Assembly (NCBI GenBank): GCA_003554445.1
Contig: PWGJ01000086.1
Location: forward strand, 1-46,017
DNA from: Candidatus Nealsonbacteria bacterium
GTDB lineage: Bacteria > Patescibacteriota > Minisyncoccia > Minisyncoccales > PWPS01
Length of the DNA stretch: 46,017 bases
Direction of reading: 5' to 3'
Shown here: piece after piece, positions 1 through 8,944 of the stretch
How the letters are laid out: each line of letters opens with the position of its first letter
Numbering within the stretch: the first letter of the stretch is position 1
Notes under the pieces: model-generated
Databases searched by the model: none
What the model saw: only the letters and a program-made list of their open reading frames with translations
What the model was told of the DNA's origin: nothing
Program-made: the position numbers and the translations under genes

Positions 1-1206
1 CCTGATCCAGGAAGGCTCATCTTGAAAATTTACAATCAACTTTAAGAATGCGGAGATATCTTTAACATGGGCTTGCTCAAAAAACCGCGTGCCGCCACGT
101 ACGATATAAGGGATGCCTTCTTTGGCGAGTTCCAATTCCAAGCCGGCTGCATGATAATGAGCTCTGAAAAGAACTGCGGTTTCCGAAGGATCAATCTCTT
201 CTTTTAATTTTTGAACTATAAAGCGTGACTGCTCTCTTGGAGAAGTAAGACATGCAATTACCGGATTATTTCCTTCACCCTTAACCGCCCGAAGATTCTT
301 ATCCAATTTCCCGCTATTATTTCGGATAATACAATTTGCCAGGCGTAAAATTTCCGGAGTACTTCTGTAATTTGTTTCCAACTTAAAAATGCTTGATGAA
401 TACTTTTCGGAAAAATTTAAAATGTTTTTAATTTCTGCAGCTCTAAAAGAGTAAATACTCTGCGAATCATCCCCCACAACCATTAGATTTTCATGATAAG
501 AGCTAACTTCTTCTAAAATTTCATCCTGTATAACATTCGTATCTTGATATTCGTCAACTAAAACATATTCAAATCTTTCGGATATTTTTTTCATTTCCGG
601 CAATCTCATTATTTTCAACCAATTGACAAGTAAATCGTCATAATCCATCAAGTTTCTTTTTTTCTTTCTGGATTGATATTTCTCTTTTACTCTTTTTAAT
701 TTTTCAATTTCAGAGTTTGAGCTGACCTCATCCGCTACATCCAAAATTGACTTTTTCGAATTGGTGCTTAGAGATATTTTCATTTGCAGCCACTTGGCAC
801 CGGGAAGCTCTCCTTCGGAGTCAACCTCTTCCTTTATGACTTTAATTAAGTTTTTACTATCCTCCTGATCGAGTATCGTATAGTTTCTTTCATAACCGAG
901 CTTGTCGGCATATTTTCGAAGATAATAATTGCCGACATGATGAAAAGTTCCTCCTAAAACTTGATTAGCTTTACTTCCGACCAGATTTTCAATTCTGGCA
1001 AGCATCTCTTTTGCAGCTTTTTTAGTAAAGGTAAGAAGTAATATTCTTTTTGGATCAACTCCCCTCTCCAAAAGATAAGCCACTCTGAAAGTTAGTGTTC
1101 TTGTTTTTCCGGACCCCGGTCCACTTAAAACCAATGTATAACCGTCCCCTTCTTTTACGGCTTTTAACTGTTCTTTGTTTAATAATTTTTCGTAATTAAT
1201 CTGCAT
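1..1206 (-). CDS. UvrD/PcrA-type superfamily 1 DNA helicase, N-terminal ~400 aa (C-terminus beyond window edge)
   Basis: Absent from the ORF track because it runs off the edge. My reverse-strand translation from the ATG at 1206 gives MQINYEKLLNKEQLKAVKEGDGYTLVLSGPGSGKTRTLTFRVAYLLE...LVDEYQDTN...VVGDDSQSIYSFRAAEIKNI...NYRS. These are the Walker A, DEYQD and downstream UvrD/Rep motifs. The frame stays open to position 1. Confidence 0.85.
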   Translation of the reverse strand, partial: MQINYEKLLNKEQLKAVKEGDGYTLVLSGPGSGKTRTLTFRVAYLLERGVDPKRILLLTFTKKAAKEMLARIENLVGSKANQVLGGTFHHVGNYYLRKYADKLGYERNYTILDQEDSKNLIKVIKEEVDSEGELPGAKWLQMKISLSTNSKKSILDVADEVSSNSEIEKLKRVKEKYQSRKKKRNLMDYDDLLVNWLKIMRLPEMKKISERFEYVLVDEYQDTNVIQDEILEEVSSYHENLMVVGDDSQSIYSFRAAEIKNILNFSEKYSSSIFKLETNYRSTPEILRLANCIIRNNSGKLDKNLRAVKGEGNNPVIACLTSPREQSRFIVQKLKEEIDPSETAVLFRAHYHAAGLELELAKEGIPYIVRGGTRFFEQAHVKDISAFLKLIVNFQDEPSWIR

Positions 1207-1750
1207 ACTTTTCAATCTCCTTAAATGTATCTTTTAATTTTTTAATCAGCTCTTCGTCGGTAAGTCTTAAGGAGAGAATTTTTACAACTCTTTCAAGTTG
1301 TCTAATTTTTTGATTTTTGCCCGTATGGAAAATTTCAAAAGACTCTTCTCCTCTTCGTTCCAGATCATTGGAAAGATCCGTCATATTGGATAAAACATCG
1401 GCAGCCTTAATTAATATGGCTCGGTCACTTACGGTATATAATTTAGCTGTCGCCCTCTCTTTTCTTTCTCCATAAGGCAAGTCACGATCGGACTCGGACA
1501 CTTCATCAACCATCTCCGCAACCTCTTTGCCGAAATTATCCATTATCTCTTTTTTTGTAAACTCAGTATCTTCTATGACATCATGAAGAATCCCGGCTAT
1601 GATCAGATCTTCATCCGCTTGCAATTTTGCCAATATTAAACCCACAATCATGGGATGAGATACGTAAGATATTTTCGCACCTTTTCTTTTTTGATTTTTA
1701 TGAGCTTTAAAGGAAAATTCAACTGCTTTTTGTTCTTTTTTAGTCCACAT
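1196..1750 (-). CDS. HD-domain protein, RelA/SpoT-type (p)ppGpp hydrolase-like (stand-alone small alarmone hydrolase candidate)
   Basis: AHKNQKRKG..SYVSHPMIVGLIL...AGILHDVIEDT matches the His..HD..ED signature of the Rel/SpoT hydrolase domain. It is only 184 aa and has no synthetase domain. Its stop overlaps the start of the helicase gene. Confidence 0.65.
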   Translation of the reverse strand: MWTKKEQKAVEFSFKAHKNQKRKGAKISYVSHPMIVGLILAKLQADEDLIIAGILHDVIEDTEFTKKEIMDNFGKEVAEMVDEVSESDRDLPYGERKERATAKLYTVSDRAILIKAADVLSNMTDLSNDLERRGEESFEIFHTGKNQKIRQLERVVKILSLRLTDEELIKKLKDTFKEIEKYAD

Positions 1751-1784
1751 TTAGTTACTGTTTATTATTCTTGATAATTATAAT

Positions 1785-2576
1785 TTAATCGACTTCTTCC
1801 GAAACTCTTTCTTTAATTACTTCTCTGGCCACTTCTCCTATTCTTCTTGTCAACCTGAAATAATTTACAGTTTGCAGGCTTTTTTCTTTTAGTTGAGATA
1901 CTTTTCCGTTGATTGGTTTTTCGTTTAATTTTCGACTTACTTCAGCGTGCAAATTCTTCAATACTAAAATTTTATCGGATATATAATTTTCTCCGAACTC
2001 GTTGACCATCAACCTAATCTTGTATGCCAGATCAAATGATTGAACCGTGTCCACTAAAAGAATTCCGTAAGTTACTCCCAGAACAAAAATAAAAAGACTT
2101 CCAACAACCAATTCTCGCATTAAATAATTAAAATAAGGAAAGATTGAATACTTGAAAAACAGACCCAAAATCAACCAGTAAAATAAAAAGGTCGGGCATA
2201 CAAAACCGTTTAGATTAAATCTCCTGTCGGAATAATCCCAAAGCCTTAATTTAAATATCTTTTTAAAAAAGATGCCGGTTAAATACTCTATTACTCCGAC
2301 AATTACTAAAAATATAATAAAAGAAGCTATTAATGAGAAATCACTCAAATAAGAGAAGGAAAAATAAGCTATAAGGCCACCGAATCCGTATATCGGAAGA
2401 TAAGGACCCCGCAAAAATCCCGGATTAGTGATCTTTTTGGACTGAACCGATCTATATAAAAGCTCTATAATCCAACCTGAAAGCGCAAAGAGAAAAAAAG
2501 AGATTAAAATATTTTCAAAACCGATTTCCATAACACAAACAAAATAAAGTTCTATTAACGTAATTAACCATAACAC
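1785..2576 (-). CDS. Polytopic membrane protein, putative ABC-transporter type IV (CmpB-like) family
   Basis: Multiple hydrophobic helices. The N-terminal IELLYRS and GPYLPIYGFGG motifs are typical of that family as I recall it. Confidence 0.4.
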   Translation of the reverse strand: MLWLITLIELYFVCVMEIGFENILISFFLFALSGWIIELLYRSVQSKKITNPGFLRGPYLPIYGFGGLIAYFSFSYLSDFSLIASFIIFLVIVGVIEYLTGIFFKKIFKLRLWDYSDRRFNLNGFVCPTFLFYWLILGLFFKYSIFPYFNYLMRELVVGSLFIFVLGVTYGILLVDTVQSFDLAYKIRLMVNEFGENYISDKILVLKNLHAEVSRKLNEKPINGKVSQLKEKSLQTVNYFRLTRRIGEVAREVIKERVSEEVD

Positions 2577-2611
2577 AAAAAACCCGTCTAAAAAAACAGA
2601 TTTGAAAGCTG

Positions 2612-3385
2612 TTACTTATTTTTTGAGGGAGGCCAAGGTATAAATTTATTCACTCTTCGCTTATAATCTTGAAATCCTTCTTTTTGGGACATGCTTTTTT
2701 CAAGCAATGGAATTCCGGAAACCTTGAGTATTAAAAAAGTTATGGTTACCGGACTCAATAAAGCTAAAATCCAACCCGGAAACCCTATACTCAAAATCCA
2801 AATACCCCACCACTGAGCCACCTCTCCAAAATAATTCGGATGCCTACTCCAAGCCCATAACCCCGACTGCATAATCCCCTCTTTTTGTGGGTCCTCGATA
2901 AATTTTTTTAATTGACAATCGGCAATTACCTCAAAATAAAATCCCGTAATCCATATTACAATTCCCATCTTATTAATAAGAGTGAATGTTTCCGGATTTC
3001 GGTTTATTGCCAAAACGGGTAAAGATATAATATACAATAAAAACCCTTGTAAAAGATAAATTTGAAAAAAAGATCTGAGACGAAACCACTTCCATTCTTT
3101 TCTCCACTTCTTATATCTGTAATCCTCTTCTCTACCTTTGTTTCTTAAATAGACGTGACCGGAAAGCCTCAAACCCCAAAGAGTTACAAAGGCGGTTACC
3201 AGTCCGGACTCGATTGAAAATCCTACCGATTGATAGCCAAAATAGAATGAAGTTAATGCTAAAAGAACAAAACCCAACCCCCAGGCCACATCAGCTAAAT
3301 CATTCCTTTTTTTAATTAAGGAAACTACAAACCAAAGAGATAGATGGATAAATAAAAAAAGGGCTAGAATCAAATAATAATTCAT
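2612..3385 (-). CDS. DUF1295 / steroid 5-alpha-reductase-like membrane protein
   Basis: Polytopic membrane protein with the C-terminal SRHPNYFGEVAQWWG motif characteristic of the DUF1295 / isoprenylcysteine methyltransferase-like fold. Confidence 0.65.
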   Translation of the reverse strand: MNYYLILALFLFIHLSLWFVVSLIKKRNDLADVAWGLGFVLLALTSFYFGYQSVGFSIESGLVTAFVTLWGLRLSGHVYLRNKGREEDYRYKKWRKEWKWFRLRSFFQIYLLQGFLLYIISLPVLAINRNPETFTLINKMGIVIWITGFYFEVIADCQLKKFIEDPQKEGIMQSGLWAWSRHPNYFGEVAQWWGIWILSIGFPGWILALLSPVTITFLILKVSGIPLLEKSMSQKEGFQDYKRRVNKFIPWPPSKNK

Positions 3386-3777
3386 ATTATAAGCTCAATT
3401 ATTAAAAAATAAGTAATTACCGATACACTGCCACCGATAAATGAACCCCAAAAAAGATCTACTACGGTTACCGAAATGGACCAACCCTTAATAGTAGCCA
3501 AGTTGGTTAAATCATAAGTCGCATAGGCTATGAGGCCAAAAAGAGCACCTGAAAAAAAGCTCTCAATCCAACTGCTTGCCTCGATCGCCGGCTCGATCGA
3601 AAAGATGGTTAGTCCTAAAATAAAAAGGAGATAGAAAATAGCTGCCGCTATCCAATTGACACTTTCTCGCATCAAAAATCCAATCTTCTTTTGATAAAAA
3701 TCTTTAGCGATAACACCCAACCAAAGAGCATCCATGAAAAGGAATACAAATAAGGCTATAAAATAGATTTTAAACAT
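3382..3777 (-). CDS. DUF2177 family small membrane protein
   Basis: 131 aa with 4 predicted TM helices. The N-terminus FLFMDALWLGVIAKDFYQKKIG resembles the DUF2177 signature. There is a 4-nt start/stop overlap with the DUF1295 gene. Confidence 0.5.
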   Translation of the reverse strand: MFKIYFIALFVFLFMDALWLGVIAKDFYQKKIGFLMRESVNWIAAAIFYLLFILGLTIFSIEPAIEASSWIESFFSGALFGLIAYATYDLTNLATIKGWSISVTVVDLFWGSFIGGSVSVITYFLIIELII

Positions 3778-3820
3778 ATCTTTTAATTTATCTACTTAAT
3801 TATAGCAGACTGCAAAAAAC

Positions 3821-3847
3821 AAAAAAAGCGGCTTACCCGCCTTTTTT
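3821..3847 (-). terminator. Putative intrinsic terminator after the 3868-4605 gene
   Basis: GCGG-cttac-CCGC hairpin flanked by an A-run and a T-run. On the minus strand a run of 7 T follows immediately. Confidence 0.4.
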
Positions 3848-3867
3848 GTTTATTTTTTGTTTTTGGT

Positions 3868-4605
3868 TTACCTGATTGAGAGGTTTTCTCCATCACTATC
3901 TATAACCCACTCAAGACGATCATCACTTTCCGGATCTTCAGTCTCAAATTCCAGCTGATCACCGCTCCAATTCAATTGAGCGAATACCGGCATAAATTCC
4001 GTGGGATCCAAATCACTTTCAAGCTGAACAATTAAATCATCACCTTCCAACTCAAAAGCAATATCCACTGCACTTAAATCATCAACTCTTAAAAAATCAC
4101 CTCCCGCCCTTGCGGTTCCTAAAGTATAGGCGATCTTCGATGAATCATCATTCCACGCGTATTCTTCAACGGATCCTCTAGCCGGAGTTCTGATAAATTC
4201 CATCTCTTCGCTTTCCAGATCAACTAAAATCGGTAAAGAGGTGGTTGTTGCTACGGCGTAATCACTGACAGAAAAGATCAGTTGCCTATTATCCGGAGAT
4301 ATGCTTGCGGCTCTGTCAAAAAATCCGAAATTATCCGGCTCAATATCTCTCATCCCTACCTGAGGGGTTTCCTCAAATTGATCCCAGTTATCCGTAGTCC
4401 ACTGATTGAGTTCATCGATTGTCATTGAAAAAATCTCTTCTTCATCTTGCAAAACTTTTATTTCTTGCGCTTCTTGATCTTCTTCAGCTATAAATTCAAT
4501 TTCTCTTTCCGGAATCTCCACATCCCCGTTTTCCGGCTCTTCCGGACCAAAAATAAAAAATCCTGCAGCTATAATAATAGCAATTAAAATAATTATTTTT
4601 TTCAT
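3868..4605 (-). CDS. Secreted/membrane-anchored highly acidic protein, possible PD40/TolB-like beta-propeller repeats
   Basis: N-terminal hydrophobic anchor MKKIIILIAIIIAAGFFIF followed by a D/E-rich sequence. ISPDNRQLIFS and YAWNDDSSKIAY resemble PD40 repeat cores. Confidence 0.45.
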   Translation of the reverse strand: MKKIIILIAIIIAAGFFIFGPEEPENGDVEIPEREIEFIAEEDQEAQEIKVLQDEEEIFSMTIDELNQWTTDNWDQFEETPQVGMRDIEPDNFGFFDRAASISPDNRQLIFSVSDYAVATTTSLPILVDLESEEMEFIRTPARGSVEEYAWNDDSSKIAYTLGTARAGGDFLRVDDLSAVDIAFELEGDDLIVQLESDLDPTEFMPVFAQLNWSGDQLEFETEDPESDDRLEWVIDSDGENLSIR

Positions 4606-4661
4606 AAATTGATAATTAATGCTAATAAGCGACCTACTTTAATGTTAGCAACATTAAATTT

Positions 4662-5207
4662 CTAGTCAACATGAAAAGTTTGTAAATTTTTAACTACCCT
4701 GGGATATAAAAATTTAAACCAGGGAGTGTATATCCCCGGGTTATCCTCCAAATCCTTCTCCAGTTTCGGTAAGGAGACCCATTTATAATCGGAAACTTCT
4801 TTTGGGTTGGGTTTAATTTCACCATTGTAAGTTCCGATAAAAAGATGGTCATATTCGTGCTCGATCAAGTTTCCAACTTTAAGATTATACTTGGCCTCTC
4901 CTATTTTCCCTATTTTGGTTTTAAAGCCCATCTCTTCCATTAATCTTTTTTCAGCCTGTATTTTTAAATTTTCATCTTCAGTCGGGTGACTGCAGCAAGT
5001 GTTTGACCAGAGTCCTCCACCATGATACTTATTGTCTGCCCTCTTTTGTAGAAGCATCTCCCCCTTATTATTTAAAATAAAAACGGAAAAGGCTCTATGT
5101 AAAATTGCCTCCTTGTGTGCAGCGAGCTTATCAACGTAACCCAGACTATGATCTTTCTCATTTACTTTTATTATCATATTCTTATTTTTATACTTGCCGG
5201 TACTCAT
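4662..5207 (-). CDS. idi: Isopentenyl-diphosphate delta-isomerase, type 1 (Nudix fold)
   Basis: HRAFSVFILNNKGEMLLQKRADNKYHGGGLWSNTCCSHP plus the EHEYDH motif match type 1 IDI. Confidence 0.8.
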   Translation of the reverse strand: MSTGKYKNKNMIIKVNEKDHSLGYVDKLAAHKEAILHRAFSVFILNNKGEMLLQKRADNKYHGGGLWSNTCCSHPTEDENLKIQAEKRLMEEMGFKTKIGKIGEAKYNLKVGNLIEHEYDHLFIGTYNGEIKPNPKEVSDYKWVSLPKLEKDLEDNPGIYTPWFKFLYPRVVKNLQTFHVD

Positions 5208-5215
5208 AAAAAAAG

Positions 5216-6295
5216 TTATATATTGAATAATCGTTCTTCCATCTCGGAAAGTTCATCCAAAGATTTTTCCAGCTCCTCCATGTCGGTCGGATCTGATTTT
5301 GAAATTTCTTTAATCGATTTCTTTATCTTTTTAAGTGCTTCAGTTAAGACATATTTTGTATATTTGTAATCGATAAAATTACTCTCATTAAGACTTTCAA
5401 TTAAATGGCGATTGCAAAGCTGTCTATATGTCTTAGCACTAAGAACATTCATATACCAAAACAGATCAGCCGCCTCCTCCGTGAATATCCAAAAATCTCC
5501 CTCCTCTTTTGATTTTTCCGCAATCGAAATTAGATTCTCCAACCAGTCTCTTATTTCCAGGTAAAATGGAAATTCTTCGGGAGATGGTAAATCTTCTTCC
5601 ATTTCACTTTCTTCTTGAGCTATTTCAATCAAAAAATCACCCCTTTCAAATAGATCATCCCGATCTCCTATTTCATCCAATTTTCTACAAATGGGACAAT
5701 CGTCTTTCATGCAAGGAATTCGTCTCCATGTGCAATCCATCCAGCTGGGCATTCCTGCATTTTTCTCATAAGCAACATCTTTCTTGCCCGGATTAATTAT
5801 CTTTGATAAAAGCATTTCCAGACTTTTATACTTACAAGGAGGTATCTCCGATATTTCTTCATAATCTTCATAGTCTTGGTCATAGTGAAATTCCAAGAGC
5901 AACAAGATGTCATCAACAAAACCGGTAAACACCTTTTTCTCCTCTTTTGACAGTTCTTCCGATTCGATTAACAGTGATTCAATTAAAGTTTCTGAAAGCC
6001 GAATAACCGCTCGTCTTACATTTCCGGAATCATTCTGAATATTTTTAGTAATAAAATCAGTAAAGAGAGGAAAAAACTCTCTTCCTCTTTCTCTGGCTGC
6101 CAAGCGTAATCCATATATAAAAGCAATTTTATTTTTCTCCTTATCTATCATGTAATAATCTTCCAGTTCACTTATCATTCGCTTTGAGGCGATACGGTCT
6201 TGATTTTTAAAGACTTTTTTTAGATTCTTTTTGGCTCGATCCACCTCTTCAGCCTCTCCGGTTTTTAATTTTTGAATTAAATCTTCAAGCGACAT
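5216..6295 (-). CDS. Hypothetical protein with central Cys cluster
   Basis: Long ORF with helical, acidic composition. It contains C-x-W..IPCMKDDCPIC, a possible Zn-binding cluster. I recognise no family. Confidence 0.55.
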   Translation of the reverse strand: MSLEDLIQKLKTGEAEEVDRAKKNLKKVFKNQDRIASKRMISELEDYYMIDKEKNKIAFIYGLRLAARERGREFFPLFTDFITKNIQNDSGNVRRAVIRLSETLIESLLIESEELSKEEKKVFTGFVDDILLLLEFHYDQDYEDYEEISEIPPCKYKSLEMLLSKIINPGKKDVAYEKNAGMPSWMDCTWRRIPCMKDDCPICRKLDEIGDRDDLFERGDFLIEIAQEESEMEEDLPSPEEFPFYLEIRDWLENLISIAEKSKEEGDFWIFTEEAADLFWYMNVLSAKTYRQLCNRHLIESLNESNFIDYKYTKYVLTEALKKIKKSIKEISKSDPTDMEELEKSLDELSEMEERLFNI

Positions 6296-6296
6296 A

Positions 6297-6503
6297 TTAA
6301 TCGTTTTCTGAATATTTTTCTTTTATTTCTTCAAACTTATTTTTAGATTTCTCCAATCTTTTTTTACATTTTTCAATAAGCTCCATTCCTCTTTCGTACT
6401 TTTCCAAAGCTTCTTCCAAGTCAATTTCCTCCTTTTGGAACCATTCATTTATTTCTTCTATTTCTTTGTAAGCTTTTGTAAAGTTAAAGTCTTTTTTAGT
6501 CAT
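6297..6503 (-). CDS. xseB: Exodeoxyribonuclease VII small subunit
   Basis: MTKKDFNFTKAYKEIEEINEWFQKEEIDLEEALEKYERGMELIEKCKKRL is a typical XseB. I place the start at the ATG at 6503, which overlaps the xseA stop as ATGACTAA, rather than at the ORF-track start of 6533. Confidence 0.8.
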   Translation of the reverse strand: MTKKDFNFTKAYKEIEEINEWFQKEEIDLEEALEKYERGMELIEKCKKRLEKSKNKFEEIKEKYSEND

Positions 6504-7866
6504 TTTTTTTAACGCGAGATTGAACCTCACCATCCTTAAAAGTTGTCTTAATTAAGTCATTATCCGTCAACTGATCAACCGATCTAACGATACCGCTTTC
6601 TTTCTTGGTTATCGAATAACCTTGCTTCAGTTTTAAATCCGGACTGGATAAAGAAAGCTTTTCTTTCTTTTCGGATAATTTGTTTTCAAGGCTTTTCTCC
6701 CAACGTCTTTTATTTTTTTGTAAATTTGTTTTTAATTTATCGACTTTATCGATGTTATTTTTTAATTTGGATTTTATCTTGTAATCCTGAGATTTAATCT
6801 CTTTCTCCAAAGAATAAAACTTGTCTATCTTGTTTTTTATTTTATCAGTTAAACTATTCAAGAGATAGTCCAGATCTTTTTCTTTTAACTTTAATTTTTG
6901 GATTAATTTACGGTCGAAGAAGTTAATATATTCATCAAATCTCCTTTCAGCTCGGTTTATCATTCTACGAGTAGCAATTGAGAGATTTTTTTCCGAATTG
7001 AGTATTCTTTTTTCTGCATCTTTCCATGATTGGGATAAAAACTTTCCGGCATCAGTAGGAGTCGATACTCGTTTGTCAGCAACCAGATCCAATAAAGTTA
7101 AATCATTTTCGTGACCGATTCCGGAAATAATCGGTATCTTGGATGAAAAAGCCGCCTTCACGACCTCTTCACTGTTAAATGCCTGTAGTGATTCCCAGCT
7201 TCCACCTCCCCTGGTTATCACTATCAATTCCAGATCGGGATGGTTTCTATTGAGTTTCTCTATTCCTTTAATTATATCCTTTATTGCCGAATCACCTTCG
7301 ACTCTACTCGAATAAGTTATGACTTTAAAACCGTAATCCTCAAGGTGAGTAATAAAATCTTTTTCCGCATCACTGCCTTTTGAGGTTATTAAGGCAATTT
7401 TTTGAGGGAAATCCGGGATCGGCTCTTTTTTTTCCGGATCAAAAAAGCCTTCTTTTTTTAATTTTTCTTTTAAGATTTCAAATTGCCTCTTAAGATCACC
7501 CTCCCCTACGAGACTTATTCTTGTTGTTTGAAAGCTGAATCTTCCTTTATTTTTTCTAACCTCGGGATATCCCGTCACTTTTACTTCCAGTCCCGGTTCC
7601 AAGTTCACTCCAAGCCTTTCAATTACATGAGAGATTCCAAAGCAACTAATTCTGGAGCCTTCCTCATCAATAAGATTGAATATGGCCCAACCATTTTTTT
7701 CATTTACATATATATCCTCACCAACCTCCCCTTTGACAACCACTTTCGAAATTTTAAGTGGTTCAAGAAGCCCGTTGACAAAATTAACGAACTCGGAAAC
7801 GGTAAAAACTTTTTCATCCAGAAAAGGTTTTAGTTTTTTTGCAAATTTTCTAGAATAATCGCTCAT
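6496..7866 (-). CDS. xseA: Exodeoxyribonuclease VII large subunit
   Basis: N-terminal OB-fold region, a central ITRGGGS.E.L..FN catalytic core, and a long C-terminal coiled-coil. The gene sits immediately upstream of xseB. Confidence 0.85.
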   Translation of the reverse strand: MSDYSRKFAKKLKPFLDEKVFTVSEFVNFVNGLLEPLKISKVVVKGEVGEDIYVNEKNGWAIFNLIDEEGSRISCFGISHVIERLGVNLEPGLEVKVTGYPEVRKNKGRFSFQTTRISLVGEGDLKRQFEILKEKLKKEGFFDPEKKEPIPDFPQKIALITSKGSDAEKDFITHLEDYGFKVITYSSRVEGDSAIKDIIKGIEKLNRNHPDLELIVITRGGGSWESLQAFNSEEVVKAAFSSKIPIISGIGHENDLTLLDLVADKRVSTPTDAGKFLSQSWKDAEKRILNSEKNLSIATRRMINRAERRFDEYINFFDRKLIQKLKLKEKDLDYLLNSLTDKIKNKIDKFYSLEKEIKSQDYKIKSKLKNNIDKVDKLKTNLQKNKRRWEKSLENKLSEKKEKLSLSSPDLKLKQGYSITKKESGIVRSVDQLTDNDLIKTTFKDGEVQSRVKKND

Positions 7867-8692
7867 TTTTATTGAAATAATTACACTTACCTTTACATTT
7901 TCTAATTCTCACATCTTTAAAGAAGTTTTCATACTTTCTTCTTACCCAATATGAAAGTCCGGACATATTTCCCGTCTCAGTGTAAAAAAGCCACGACATC
8001 AAATGAGCCATGGGGACACCACTTGCCTCTGAAGGTAGAGATTTCGGGCAAAATTTGCTCTCCTCCGCCTTTGGTGTTAAATAGCTATCTTCCTTACCGG
8101 AGGATTCACTGAAAAGTTCCTTGAATCCCCAATCCGTCGGTTTTAAGGCGTCGCGAATCTCCTTCTTAAGTCGTTCATCTACCGAATCTATTCTTTCAAG
8201 TAGTTTCTTGTAAAGTGTATGCAGATTTTTTACATCCTCTAAAGCTCTGTGCGCCTCATATGTAGTTCCGCAAAGCTTTTCGAGTAAATACTCTTGAGTG
8301 TGCTTGCTTTCCCTGGGATAAAGCATACAAGCCAGATCCAGGCTATCCAAATAAGTAGCCTCCAATCCGTTTTTTTCAAGAAAGGATCTGTCAAAATCCA
8401 TATTATGAGCAACTAACGGATCTCCATTTAAAAAATCATCCAATTGATTCATTACAGCATCTATCTTTGGTGCATCTTCCAGGTCAGAATCTTCAATTCC
8501 GGTAATGTTAATAATCTCCCTGGAAAGTTTTCTTTCCGGATTTACAAAACTGCAGTATTCATCCACTACTTGCAGATTTTTAACTTTTACGGCAGCGACC
8601 TCTATTATTTTATCGAATTTATAATCCGTTCCGGTTGTTTCTAAATCAATTATTACTATATCTTTCATATTTTTAATTATTATTGCTTTCAA
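7850..8692 (-). CDS. DnaQ-like (DEDDh) 3'-5' exonuclease with C-terminal extension
   Basis: Exo motifs IIDLETTG, HNMDFDRSFL and HRALEDV. A ~100 aa C-terminal tail of unknown function follows. The stop overlaps the xseA start. Confidence 0.75.
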   Translation of the reverse strand: MKAIIIKNMKDIVIIDLETTGTDYKFDKIIEVAAVKVKNLQVVDEYCSFVNPERKLSREIINITGIEDSDLEDAPKIDAVMNQLDDFLNGDPLVAHNMDFDRSFLEKNGLEATYLDSLDLACMLYPRESKHTQEYLLEKLCGTTYEAHRALEDVKNLHTLYKKLLERIDSVDERLKKEIRDALKPTDWGFKELFSESSGKEDSYLTPKAEESKFCPKSLPSEASGVPMAHLMSWLFYTETGNMSGLSYWVRRKYENFFKDVRIRKCKGKCNYFNKNERLF

Positions 8693-8773
8693 TGACTATA
8701 ACACAAGATTAAACTTATGTTTATTCTTTCAAAAATTTTAATATTTGTTAGACTTGTTTAAGGAGGTGATCTT

Positions 8774-8929
8774 TTGAAGGTTGAACGGAGAAAAAATGCT
8801 GTTAAGGTGACTCCGGTCAAACCTTGCCCGAAATCGTTGAATGATAAAAAAAGAAACCAAAATCACCGACAAGAAGAATTCCGGCATTACCTACAAAAGC
8901 AGAAGGAGAACCTAAGTCGAGAGGGGTAA
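8774..8929 (+). CDS. Candidate small basic protein (51 codons, TTG start)
   Basis: A perfect AGGAGG at 8761-8766 lies 7 nt upstream of the TTG at 8774. The open frame reads LKVERRKNAVKVTPVKPCPKSLNDKKRNQNHRQEEFRHYLQKQKENLSREG. Its stop sits in the loop of a plus-oriented intrinsic terminator. It is too short for the ORF track. Confidence 0.35.
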   Translation: MKVERRKNAVKVTPVKPCPKSLNDKKRNQNHRQEEFRHYLQKQKENLSREG

Positions 8930-8944
8930 AACCCTCTCTTTTTT
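8919..8944 (+). terminator. Intrinsic terminator, plus-strand oriented
   Basis: GAGAGGG-gtaaaa-CCCTCTC followed by TTTTTT. On the minus strand no T-run follows the hairpin. Confidence 0.55.
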
